From assembly GCA_964607825.1 (NCBI GenBank), contig CAZSNA010000007.1, positions 1,636-65,635 of the forward strand: a stretch of DNA of 64,000 bases. Reading direction: 5' to 3'. A program made the translations under genes and the position numbers. Shown one piece after another: positions 7,362-16,068 of this stretch (position 1 is its first letter; each line of letters opens with the position of its first letter). The DNA comes from an uncultured Fibrobacteraceae bacterium (lineage in GTDB: Bacteria > Krumholzibacteriota > Krumholzibacteriia > LZORAL124-64-63). Below the pieces are notes generated by a model, which was given only the letters and a program-made list of their open reading frames with translations, did not search any database and was not told the DNA's origin.

Positions 7362-10324
7362 GAGAGGCTCACCCCCATCAGCACCGTGCGGGGCGTCTCC
7401 ACGTAGCTCGGATTGACCCGCGACTTGGCGTAGGCCTCCGAGTCCGTGGTGTAGTACTCCTGCCCGATGACGGGCTCCTCCGGCGGGCCCCAGCTGTTGT
7501 CCCAGTCGGGATTGAAGTCGCCCACCTGGTAGCCGTCGCCGGTCCAGGGATTGACGCGCCGGTAGTTGACGTGGTTGAGCAGGTTGCGCGCCTCGACGTA
7601 GAAGGTCAGCCGGCGCCGGTCTCCCAGGTTCCAGTACTTGTTGAAGCGCAGGTTGAGCGAGCTCTTGAAGGGGCCGAGCCCCGAGTAGGTGTCGCCCTCG
7701 ATCCGCTGGTACGCGCCGCTCGCCGGCAGGTAGAGCGGCGTGTAGCGCTGGCCGGCCTCGGCGCTGTAGAGCAGGTTCAGGCTCCAGTTGGGCGGCAGCC
7801 GCAGGCCCAACAACGAGGGGCGGTCCTCGTCGAAGACCGAGAAGTCCAGGTTGACCGAGACCTTCCAGGGCTTGTCCCACAGCAGCGGCGAGCGCTGCAG
7901 GCCGGTGAGCGAGGTGCCCGCCGTGCTGCCGCTCTCGTAGATGGCCTCCAGGTAGCCCTGGTCGGCCTTGCTGTTGGTGCCGGTGCTGCTCGAGAGCTCC
8001 AGGCTGGCCGAGCCGGACAGGTAGCCGGTGGTGCGCTTGATCACCGTCAGCTCCACGCCCAGGCTGCGCGCCGAGTCGCCGTTGAAGTAGCGCACGGGCT
8101 CGATGGTCTCGGTGCCCTCGTCGTTGGGATCGGGCGTGTCCTCGGCGCCGATGTTCACCGTGTTCATCCGCACCGACTTGGCGTAGTCGTAGATGTCGCG
8201 GTTGAAGAAGGTCACGCCCACGCTCCACAGCCCCGGGAACTCGTGCTGGATGCCCGTCTCGTACTCCACGGTCACCTTGGGGTCGAGGTTGGGATTGCCC
8301 AGCAGCTGGATCTCGCTGGCCGTGGTGGCGGTGAGCTGCGGGTAGACGTAGGCGTAGCGCGGCCACTGGGAGAAGTGGCCGTAGTTGAAGAAGAACTTGT
8401 CGCGCTCGGTGACGGGGAAGCTCACGCCCAGCCGCGGCGACAGGCGCAGCTTCCAGCTCCGCAGCCAGAACTCCACGGTGTCGTCGTAGAACTCGTCGCG
8501 CATCTCCGGGGTGATCCAGAGGTAGTCCCCGTTCTGGTCCATGACCTTCTCGACCTCGCGGCCCGGCGCCCAGGCGTCCAGGCGCAGACCGGCGTTCACG
8601 ATCATGCCGCGGTAGTCGATGGTGTCCTGGAAGTAGGCCGCGCCAACGATGGGGTGCACCTTGAAGATGTCCTCGTTGAAGGCCAGCTTGCCGGACGGCG
8701 GCAGCCCGAGGTGGGTCTTGAGGTCCACCAGCTGCATCTCGGTGAACGACAGCTCCAAGCCGGTCTTGAACTGGTTGGTCTGGCTGGCGACCCAGGCGTA
8801 GGACGTCTTCAGGGTCCACGACTCGGCGAAGTGGTCGTGCCAGCGGTCGCTGCTGCCGGTGGCCTGCGCGCTCGGGTCGGTGGAGTCGACCGAGTACTCG
8901 GGGTAGGTGGTGTAGTCGTCGTTGCCGATCAGGTTGGCGTGCATGCGGCTGAAGTTGCGCCCCAGGCTCAGCTCGAAGAAGTCGTTCTCGCCGATCACCC
9001 AGCGGTAGTAGAGCTGGTTGAGGATGTTCTCGTTGGTGAAGACCAGCGAGTTGTCCAGGTTGTCCATCATGGGCCGCGCGTAGCCCTCGCCGGGCAGGGT
9101 GAAGCCCTGGCTGACCGCGAGCTGCCGCGTGGCGTTGAAGTTGATCTTGTGGCGCGGGTCGATGTTCCAGGTCCACTTGAGCAGGCCGTTCCAGTCGTTC
9201 TGCTGGCGGGGCGAGAGCCAGTCGAGATCGTAGATGGGCGTCTCGAGGCGCTTGGTGCGGGAGTAGATGGGCAGGTAGCCGTCGCGCACGTCCATCGAGC
9301 CGCTCACCAGCAGGTACTGGGTGCCCGGCAGGCCGAGACCGATCGCGTCGAGCAGGCCGCTCAGGGGATCGGGACCGGAGACGTTCATCTTGACCACGTC
9401 GATGTTCTGGGCCCGGCCGTAGCTGGAGAGCTCGCTGTAGTGGGGCTCGTCGCGGACGTTCCGCGCCTCCCCCAGGGCCATCGACACCGGCGGCAGCGCC
9501 AGGGCGGCCACCGAGCCCAGGGTCCAGCCGGCGTCGCGGCCGTAGAAGTGGTCGCGCTTCCAGTTGACCTTGCCGCTCCAGCGGTCCGTGCCCTCCTTGG
9601 TCGACACGTTGACGATGCCCGACACCGCCTGCCCGTACTCGGCGTTGAAGCCGCCCGTGAGCACCTCGATCTCGTTGATGATCGAGGGGTCGATGGAGTA
9701 GCCGTAGCCGCCGCCGGCCAGGGGGTCGTTGACCGAGATGCCGTCCACGATGAACTGGGTGTCGTCGGCGCGGCCGCCGCGCACGTGGATCTCGTTGTCC
9801 TGCAGCGTGACGCCCGGCTGGTGGGCGATCATCTCCACCAGGTTGTCCAGGGGCATGGCCTCCATCTCCTCGGAGGTCATGCGGTGGGCGCTGCCGGTCA
9901 GCTCCACCTCGATCAGGCGGCGCTCGCCGGTCACCATGATCGGGTCGACGTAGATGGCCTCCACGTCGAGCTGGAACTCGATCTCCGCCACCTCGCCCGG
10001 CGCCACGGTCACCGTCTCGGAGCCCAGCGAGTACGAGATGTAGGAGGCCCGCACCGTGTAGGTGCCCGCCCGCAGCCCGGCCAGGTAGAACTCCCCGTCC
10101 TGCAGGGCGATGGTGCCGATGCGCGAGCCGGCGATGTAGACGTTGGTGTAGGGCAGGGTCTCCCCCGTCTCGGCGTCGACCACGCGGCCCTTGATCATGG
10201 CCGGCGCGCCGGCGATCGGCGACGGCGGCTGGGTCGGCGGTGGCGAGGACGGCGGGTCCTGGGCGATCGCGACGCCCGTCGACGTCGCCAGCAGGAGCAG
10301 CGCGAGCGCGATGCGGATCCTCAC
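7355..10324 (-). CDS. TonB-dependent outer-membrane receptor with an N-terminal carboxypeptidase-regulatory-like domain
   Basis: About 989 aa. Signal peptide after a GTG start at 10324, a KGRVVDAETGE...NVYIAGS CarbopepD_reg block, plug-domain motifs (HQPGVTL, FIVDGI), and a long barrel ending in W. The GTGA overlap with the upstream lipoprotein stop is visible in the sequence. Confidence 0.85.
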   Translation of the reverse strand: MRIRIALALLLLATSTGVAIAQDPPSSPPPTQPPSPIAGAPAMIKGRVVDAETGETLPYTNVYIAGSRIGTIALQDGEFYLAGLRAGTYTVRASYISYSLGSETVTVAPGEVAEIEFQLDVEAIYVDPIMVTGERRLIEVELTGSAHRMTSEEMEAMPLDNLVEMIAHQPGVTLQDNEIHVRGGRADDTQFIVDGISVNDPLAGGGYGYSIDPSIINEIEVLTGGFNAEYGQAVSGIVNVSTKEGTDRWSGKVNWKRDHFYGRDAGWTLGSVAALALPPVSMALGEARNVRDEPHYSELSSYGRAQNIDVVKMNVSGPDPLSGLLDAIGLGLPGTQYLLVSGSMDVRDGYLPIYSRTKRLETPIYDLDWLSPRQQNDWNGLLKWTWNIDPRHKINFNATRQLAVSQGFTLPGEGYARPMMDNLDNSLVFTNENILNQLYYRWVIGENDFFELSLGRNFSRMHANLIGNDDYTTYPEYSVDSTDPSAQATGSSDRWHDHFAESWTLKTSYAWVASQTNQFKTGLELSFTEMQLVDLKTHLGLPPSGKLAFNEDIFKVHPIVGAAYFQDTIDYRGMIVNAGLRLDAWAPGREVEKVMDQNGDYLWITPEMRDEFYDDTVEFWLRSWKLRLSPRLGVSFPVTERDKFFFNYGHFSQWPRYAYVYPQLTATTASEIQLLGNPNLDPKVTVEYETGIQHEFPGLWSVGVTFFNRDIYDYAKSVRMNTVNIGAEDTPDPNDEGTETIEPVRYFNGDSARSLGVELTVIKRTTGYLSGSASLELSSSTGTNSKADQGYLEAIYESGSTAGTSLTGLQRSPLLWDKPWKVSVNLDFSVFDEDRPSLLGLRLPPNWSLNLLYSAEAGQRYTPLYLPASGAYQRIEGDTYSGLGPFKSSLNLRFNKYWNLGDRRRLTFYVEARNLLNHVNYRRVNPWTGDGYQVGDFNPDWDNSWGPPEEPVIGQEYYTTDSEAYAKSRVNPSYVETPRTVLMGVSLSW

Positions 10325-11814
10325 GGCAGCACCACCCCCAGTTCGTTCTCCAGCATGCCGCGCACGGCGCCGAGGCCGTCCGCGGGATTCACGGCCTCGA
10401 ACTGCAGGGTCACCGTCACCGCGCGGGCCGGCTCGCCCGTGTTCGAGTGGGGCCGGCGCACGCCGACGATGGGCTCGTAGGGCGGCCGCCGCGTCGGGCT
10501 CCAGAACAGGTAGTATTCCATCTGGTAGATGGCCTCGGTGTCGTCGTCGGTCGGGGTCAGGCCCACGCCGGCGCTGTAGCCGTGGAGGAAGTGCAGGTCG
10601 GGCAGACGGCCGGGCGGCGTGGCCAGGCAGAGCTTGTCGGCCGGGATGTAGAAGGTGGGCTGCGAGGGCGTACGCGACACGCCCAGGGTCTCCTGCACGA
10701 AGGTCGGCGGCAGGGAGCCCGTGCCGCCGATCAGGCCCTTGGAGATCAGCAGCAGGCGCCCGCCGTCGGGGTCCTCCGCGGTGGGCACGCTCAGGTACTC
10801 GTGGAGCAGCGCGGCGGCCTGTCCCAGGTTGGCCGAGGTGGTGATCGTGGTGTACCAGAACACGGCGTCGAACTCGCGCAGCCAGGACATGAAGACCCAC
10901 ATGCGGTCGGGCAGGCCCTCGGTCAGGTCGCACATGGACCAGCCGCCGGGACCGTAGATCGAGTCCATGGCCCCGTGGTAGAAGGGCACGTCGATGTCGC
11001 CCGGGAAGTCGTCCATCAGCAGCACATTGCTCAGGATCGGCCGCGCCTCCCACTCCCAGACGAAGGCGCCGGTGGCGTCGGCCTCGTCGCCCACCCGCAC
11101 GTTCAGCACGCGCTGGCCGCGCTCGGTGATCTCCGTGAGGTCGATGTCGAAATGGCCGGTGGCCGGATCGTCGATGGCCTTGATCACCGGCCGCAGGTTC
11201 GGGTCGGCGTCGGGCTCTCCCTCGGGCAGCGGCGCCAGGGTGGTGTCGGCGGTGTCCAGGTAGTAGACCACCGAATCGTCCATGGTGACGTTGCCGTCCA
11301 GGTCCACCGCGAAGAGCCGGAAGTTGGCCGCCCCGAAGCTCCAGAAGGTGGTGTCGTAGTCGGTGGCGAAGTTGATCACCGGCGGGAAGTTGCGCAGGGG
11401 GATGCGGCTGGCGACGGTATCGCTCATGGCGCCGCGGTCGTCGCGGCAGGCCACCTTCAGCAGCGCCAGGGCCTCGCCCTCGTCGTCGGTGGTGAAGGTC
11501 ATGGTGGTGTCGGTGCGCGAGGTGACCGTCCAGTCCCCCTCGACGTCGCCGACGTCGATGGACACGTGGAATTCGGTCACGAAGCCGTCCTCGTCGGTGC
11601 CGCTCCAGCTGAAGGTGCGCTCGTAGTAGCTGGTGGGATTCAGCTCGCCGCCGGGCGCGGGGCTGACGTAGACGCTCGCCACCGGCGGCTGGTTGGGCAG
11701 CGTGGCGGGGTCGAAGGGCTCGTTGGTGCAGCCGGCCAGCCAGGCCGCCCAGCCGCAGGCCGCCGCGGCCAGGGCCGTCGCGAGGACGCGTCGATGCCGC
11801 CGCGGGCCGCTCAT
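10321..11814 (-). CDS. Lipoprotein of unknown function (497 aa)
   Basis: MSGPRRHRRVLATALAAAACGWAAWLAGCTNE is a lipobox, and the composition is acidic. It sits directly upstream of the TonB-dependent receptor and is joined to it by overlaps. Confidence 0.6.
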   Translation of the reverse strand: MSGPRRHRRVLATALAAAACGWAAWLAGCTNEPFDPATLPNQPPVASVYVSPAPGGELNPTSYYERTFSWSGTDEDGFVTEFHVSIDVGDVEGDWTVTSRTDTTMTFTTDDEGEALALLKVACRDDRGAMSDTVASRIPLRNFPPVINFATDYDTTFWSFGAANFRLFAVDLDGNVTMDDSVVYYLDTADTTLAPLPEGEPDADPNLRPVIKAIDDPATGHFDIDLTEITERGQRVLNVRVGDEADATGAFVWEWEARPILSNVLLMDDFPGDIDVPFYHGAMDSIYGPGGWSMCDLTEGLPDRMWVFMSWLREFDAVFWYTTITTSANLGQAAALLHEYLSVPTAEDPDGGRLLLISKGLIGGTGSLPPTFVQETLGVSRTPSQPTFYIPADKLCLATPPGRLPDLHFLHGYSAGVGLTPTDDDTEAIYQMEYYLFWSPTRRPPYEPIVGVRRPHSNTGEPARAVTVTLQFEAVNPADGLGAVRGMLENELGVVLP

Positions 11815-13811
11815 TTGATCACCACCAGCTTGCCGCGCTGGACGCTGCCGTCCTCGGCGTTCTCCACCACGTAGACGTACAGGCCCGTGGCGATGGTCCG
11901 CACGGGTTCGCTCAGCAGGTCCCAGGGCTCCATGCCCGAGGTGGGATCGTCGTGGTGCAGGGTCTTGACCAGGTCGCCGGCCAGGTTGAAGACCTTGATG
12001 GTGCAGCGCGCCGGCAATCCCGTGAACCACAGCTTGCGGCCCAGCTCGCGCTCGCCCACCCGGTCGTCGAAGTAGGATCCCGCGCGATACGGGTTGGGGA
12101 ACACGCCCACGTTGCGGCCGCTGGTCGACGTCGCCGGAGCCGGCCCCGGATAGATCTTCAGGCCGTTCTCCCAGAACCCGCTCTGCAGCTCGGGGAGGTC
12201 CTGGGCCGGGTTGGGCGCCGAGAAGGACACCACGGCGTAGTAGTAGGGGAACCCGTCCAGCAGGTTCGTGTCGCGCACCACGCGGCGGCCGTTCGCGTCC
12301 AGCGGCGGCAGGCCCGTGTCGAAGCCGAAGCCGTCCACCTTGTCGTACTCGGCCACCAGCATGGCCTGCGACAGGGGATCCGAGCTGAAGCTCTCGCCCT
12401 GGAAGCGGTAGATGCGGTAGCCCTGGAAATCCTCGCTGCCGGTCACGCGGCTGATGTGGTGCTCGGGCTGGCGGCGCGGGTCGTCGTCGGGCAGGGGCAG
12501 CCACACGTCCGGGTCGCTCTCGTAGATCGAGTCGCCCGGCGCCCAGGACAGGACCACCGTGTTGTCCTCGTAGCCCAGCTCCAGGATGGGCGACGGCGGC
12601 CCCGAGGCGATCTGGAACCCGTCGTCGTAGGCCACCTGGGCCACCTTGGAGTTGGCCAGCAGCGACAGGGAATCCTCGGCGCAGACCACCGCGAAGGTGA
12701 CGTTGATGGAGTCGTCCGGCGCCAGGTGCGGGAAGGGCCCGGCGGACAGCAGCGCGATCCAGTCGTGGGCCCGCGTGAAGTCCTCGTGCTCCTGCTCGCC
12801 CACGTCCCACTCGCCGTTGGCCATGAGCTGGTACTTGCCGGGCAGCTCGTCGCCCGTCTCCTCGTCGAGGTAGACGTCGTCCTCGGCGGGCACGTCGCGG
12901 AAGCCCCAGGCGTTGTACGAGACCGGCGGCGTCTCGCCTTCAGGCTCCGGCTGCGGGTGCATGCCCAGCAGGCGGGTGCCGATCCAGGAGGTGGCCATCT
13001 CGTCGTCGCCGTCGTCGTCGCGCTCGTACATCATCCAGATGGACTCGTCGCCCTCCACGTCACCGGGACGCCAGCCGCCGTTCACGTCGTCGTAGTAGTT
13101 CCAGTTGGAGCCCGTCCCCTGTCCGTAGGGATCGCTCACCTGGGTGTTGCCCACGGTGGTGTCGTTCCAGTAGCCCACGTAGACGTCGCTCAGCTCGGTG
13201 CCCGAGATGTTCTGGATCGTGTAGTCCAGGATCACGAAGTCGTCGGCGTAGGGATTGCCCCAGGCCAGGGCGCGCAGGGTCACCTTCAGGCCCAGCGGCA
13301 CGTGGACGCTGGACTCGGGGCTGGTGTAGTCGTCGAACTGCACGCCCACGTGCAGGTTGGCCAGCGCGTCGGGATGGTAGGCGGGCGTGCTCGGATCGTC
13401 CGGATCTCCGGGCGCGTTCTGCAGGTTGGTCCAGACCCAGACGTAGACGCTGTCCGAGCCGGTCACGGTGAAGTCCTCGAACTCGCGGATGTTCTCGCCC
13501 GCGGCGAAGTTGGACACGTCCTGCGCGCCGGTCGAGACGCGCACGGTGTCCTCCGCGGTCACCGCCCCCACCCACAGGCCGCCCAGGAACAGATGCTCCA
13601 CGTGGCTGTGCTGGGGATACTCGCAGGAGGAATAGCCCTGCTTGAAGCCGTTGCCCACGTAGCCGAGGTTGGAGATGTTCAGGTTCATCTGCCCGGCCGC
13701 GATGGGGATGTCCGGACGCGGACTCGCCGACGCGAGCCCGATCGCCAGACAGGCGATCAGCGCGACGACCGCCGGGGTCGGGCTATGACGTCGACATCCG
13801 TGGCCGGACAA
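11811..13811 (-). CDS. Secreted protein with a T9SS C-terminal sorting domain (about 666 aa)
   Basis: Signal peptide ...PAVVALIACLAIGLASASP. The C-terminus reads ...GLYVYVVENAEDGSVQRGKLVVIK. The track start at 13811 is a TTG codon, so the true start is uncertain by a few codons. Confidence 0.7.
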   Translation of the reverse strand: MSGHGCRRHSPTPAVVALIACLAIGLASASPRPDIPIAAGQMNLNISNLGYVGNGFKQGYSSCEYPQHSHVEHLFLGGLWVGAVTAEDTVRVSTGAQDVSNFAAGENIREFEDFTVTGSDSVYVWVWTNLQNAPGDPDDPSTPAYHPDALANLHVGVQFDDYTSPESSVHVPLGLKVTLRALAWGNPYADDFVILDYTIQNISGTELSDVYVGYWNDTTVGNTQVSDPYGQGTGSNWNYYDDVNGGWRPGDVEGDESIWMMYERDDDGDDEMATSWIGTRLLGMHPQPEPEGETPPVSYNAWGFRDVPAEDDVYLDEETGDELPGKYQLMANGEWDVGEQEHEDFTRAHDWIALLSAGPFPHLAPDDSINVTFAVVCAEDSLSLLANSKVAQVAYDDGFQIASGPPSPILELGYEDNTVVLSWAPGDSIYESDPDVWLPLPDDDPRRQPEHHISRVTGSEDFQGYRIYRFQGESFSSDPLSQAMLVAEYDKVDGFGFDTGLPPLDANGRRVVRDTNLLDGFPYYYAVVSFSAPNPAQDLPELQSGFWENGLKIYPGPAPATSTSGRNVGVFPNPYRAGSYFDDRVGERELGRKLWFTGLPARCTIKVFNLAGDLVKTLHHDDPTSGMEPWDLLSEPVRTIATGLYVYVVENAEDGSVQRGKLVVIK

Positions 13812-14024
13812 GAGGAACCTCCGTGAAAGAAACGCGGACCGGCGCGCCGACCCGACGTGAACACGCGTATTCAGGGGCGTTCCACGATGGACGCCGAAGG
13901 TAGCCCCCGCGCCGCGCCCGTGTCAACAACCCCGCCTCACGACTCGGTTTCGGCGCTTGGAGCCCGGCCCGTTCCGTCCTATCATGAGCGCGCTCCGCCC
14001 GGCCCACCCAACGGAAGTGACGCT

Positions 14025-15236
14025 GTGACCAGACGGTTGCGCACGCTCGGTCTCATCCTGCTCTGCTCGGCCGTCACGCTGACGCTGTGCGAATTCTGCG
14101 TGAGATACCTGCAGGACGCCGTCCCCTCCCGCGCCGGAACGCCCTATCGCGTCGATCCCCACTGCGGCTACACCCAGCGCCCCACCCCCCCGGACCGCTT
14201 CGACGAGCTGGACGACCGCCACGTCAACGCCTACGGCTTCCGCGACCGCGTCCGGAAACCCGCCCGCCGCGAGGGCACCCTCCGCCTGGTGGGCCTGGGC
14301 GATTCCTTCGTCCACGGCGACGTGCCCATCGCCCACAACTTCCTGCGCCTGCTGGAGGCGCGGCTCGGCGAGGACCGCGAGGTGGTCATCGCCGGCCAGC
14401 CCGGCTGGGACGTCCGCAACGCCACGGGCTGGATCCGCGGCTACGGCCCGGAACTGCGCCCCGACCTGGCCCTGCTCTGCTTCTCCGTCGGCAGCGACGT
14501 GACCGGCATCCCCATCCCCGGCGCCGTCTTCCAGGGCAACCTGCACTTCACGGGCTCCCGCCGCCCCCTGCTCGACCTGCTGCGCAAGAGCCGCCTGTTC
14601 GTGCTGGCGGAGCAGATCTACCTCTCGCGGGTCACCAACGCGGCGCGCGGCCTCCGGGCGCGGTTGCGGATCGGCGACGAAGACGAAGACGACCGTCCGC
14701 CCCGGCTGCCGCCGGACGACCCGATCGTGCCCAGGGGCGCCCCCTACTTCCCCGGCGTCTGGGGCGAACCCGACGCCCCGGACAACCGCACGCCCGCCAA
14801 CGCCGAGTTCCTGAGCCTCCAGGTCCGCAACCTGCCCCTGTACCGCACCACGCCGGACGCGGAGGTCGAGGGCTGGTGGGCCCAGGCCGAAGCCCAGCTG
14901 CGCGACTTCGACGCCGCCTGCCGCGAGATCGGCGCCGACTGGCTGCTGATCGTGGCGCCGGCGGAGATCCAGGTGGATCCGACCGTGCAGGCGGAGGTGC
15001 TGGCGCATGCGCCGCTGCCGACGGAGGCCTACGACTTCGAGGCGCCGTCGCGGCGGTTGGCGGAATTCGCGGAGGGGAACGGGTGGGCGTGGTTGGACCC
15101 GCTGGGAGCGTTGCAGGCGGCGCAGGACTCGAGCGGCATCCGGCAGTACATCCCGAACAACGGGCACTGGAACGTGCCGGGAAATGCGGTGATGGCGGGA
15201 CAGGTCGAGACGGCCGTCGTGTCCCCGGGGCAATGA
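14025..15236 (+). CDS. SGNH/GDSL-hydrolase-like membrane-anchored protein (AlgJ/PatB-like candidate)
   Basis: A GTG at 14025 is in frame with track ORF 13857..15236. Transmembrane segment LGLILLCSAVTLTL, then LVGLGDSFVHG (GDS block) and a C-terminal NNGHWN (DxxH-like) block. The 56-aa extension upstream of the GTG is low-complexity and probably not translated. Confidence 0.5.
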   Translation: MTRRLRTLGLILLCSAVTLTLCEFCVRYLQDAVPSRAGTPYRVDPHCGYTQRPTPPDRFDELDDRHVNAYGFRDRVRKPARREGTLRLVGLGDSFVHGDVPIAHNFLRLLEARLGEDREVVIAGQPGWDVRNATGWIRGYGPELRPDLALLCFSVGSDVTGIPIPGAVFQGNLHFTGSRRPLLDLLRKSRLFVLAEQIYLSRVTNAARGLRARLRIGDEDEDDRPPRLPPDDPIVPRGAPYFPGVWGEPDAPDNRTPANAEFLSLQVRNLPLYRTTPDAEVEGWWAQAEAQLRDFDAACREIGADWLLIVAPAEIQVDPTVQAEVLAHAPLPTEAYDFEAPSRRLAEFAEGNGWAWLDPLGALQAAQDSSGIRQYIPNNGHWNVPGNAVMAGQVETAVVSPGQ

Positions 15237-15240
15237 AGGA

Positions 15241-15264
15241 CCCGGCCGGGGCATCCCGGCCGGG
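15241..15264. terminator. Perfect 10-bp GC hairpin (CCCGGCCGGG-GCAT-CCCGGCCGGG) between convergent genes
   Basis: The two arms are identical self-complementary 10-mers, so they can pair with each other. There is no T-tract, so this is a terminator-like structure only. Confidence 0.45.
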
Positions 15265-15288
15265 CCTCTCCGGAACCTGTCGTCGGCC

Positions 15289-15930
15289 TCATCGATAGAG
15301 ACGCTTGAGTCCCCCCCAGCTCTCCGCCTCCGACGCCACGGGCCGTTCCACGTAGGACCAGGTGTTGCCCACGCCCATGGGCATGTAGCCCGTTCCCGAC
15401 GAGATCGAATAGCTCTGCAGCTCGTCGCGCCAGTCCAGGTAGCCGTCCACGTAGCCCTGGTCGCGGACGAATCCGACGCCCCAGGCGAACCAGATGGTCT
15501 CGTCGGCCACGCCAGGCGCGGAGACCCGTTCGATCTTCACCCGAAGACACGTGAACGTGCCGGCCGACGTGGTGCGCTGCTCCTGGCCCACGACGCGGGC
15601 GACTCTCGCCTCGCCCTCGTCCGTGTCTATGAAATCCCAGGACTGCCCCACGGTCATGGCCGTGGTCGGCACCACGTACTGGGCCGAGGACAGGATGTCC
15701 CATTCCGTCGAACCGCCGTCGCGGCCCGCGAACAGGCGCAGCTTGTCGTTCTCCTCGAACAGGAACAGGCTGCTGAAGCCTTCGAAGGTGGACGTGATGT
15801 GCACGATGAAACCCTCATGGCCGGCGAGCGTGCTGTCGGCGGCGACCGTCAGCGTCTCGGACGCCGTGACGGGGAGGGCCAGGAACATGAACAGGAGCAG
15901 GATCGGGGTGACGTTGACCTTCGTTCTCAT
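15289..15930 (-). CDS. Small exported protein of unknown function (213 aa)
   Basis: Signal peptide MRTKVNVTPILLLFMFLALPVTASE. It is the downstream partner of the MBOAT gene and ends ...ESWGGLKRLYR. Confidence 0.55.
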   Translation of the reverse strand: MRTKVNVTPILLLFMFLALPVTASETLTVAADSTLAGHEGFIVHITSTFEGFSSLFLFEENDKLRLFAGRDGGSTEWDILSSAQYVVPTTAMTVGQSWDFIDTDEGEARVARVVGQEQRTTSAGTFTCLRVKIERVSAPGVADETIWFAWGVGFVRDQGYVDGYLDWRDELQSYSISSGTGYMPMGVGNTWSYVERPVASEAESWGGLKRLYR

Positions 15931-16068
15931 GGACGACTCCTCTGGAGTGGGATCTGTCGCATCAACCAGGGCGAGATAAAATATTACCACCAATGGAGAT
16001 GTAAATGAGGATAAATTTTATCGTCTTTACGGGCGCTCCTCCCGGGATCAAAGAGGACCCGACACGCT

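Noticed and set aside
13857-14024. N-terminal 56-aa extension (MNTRIQGRSTMDAEGSPRAAP...) of the SGNH-like ORF
   Set aside because: It is low-complexity and precedes the transmembrane anchor. The in-frame GTG at 14025 gives a sensible N-terminus, though the true start remains uncertain.
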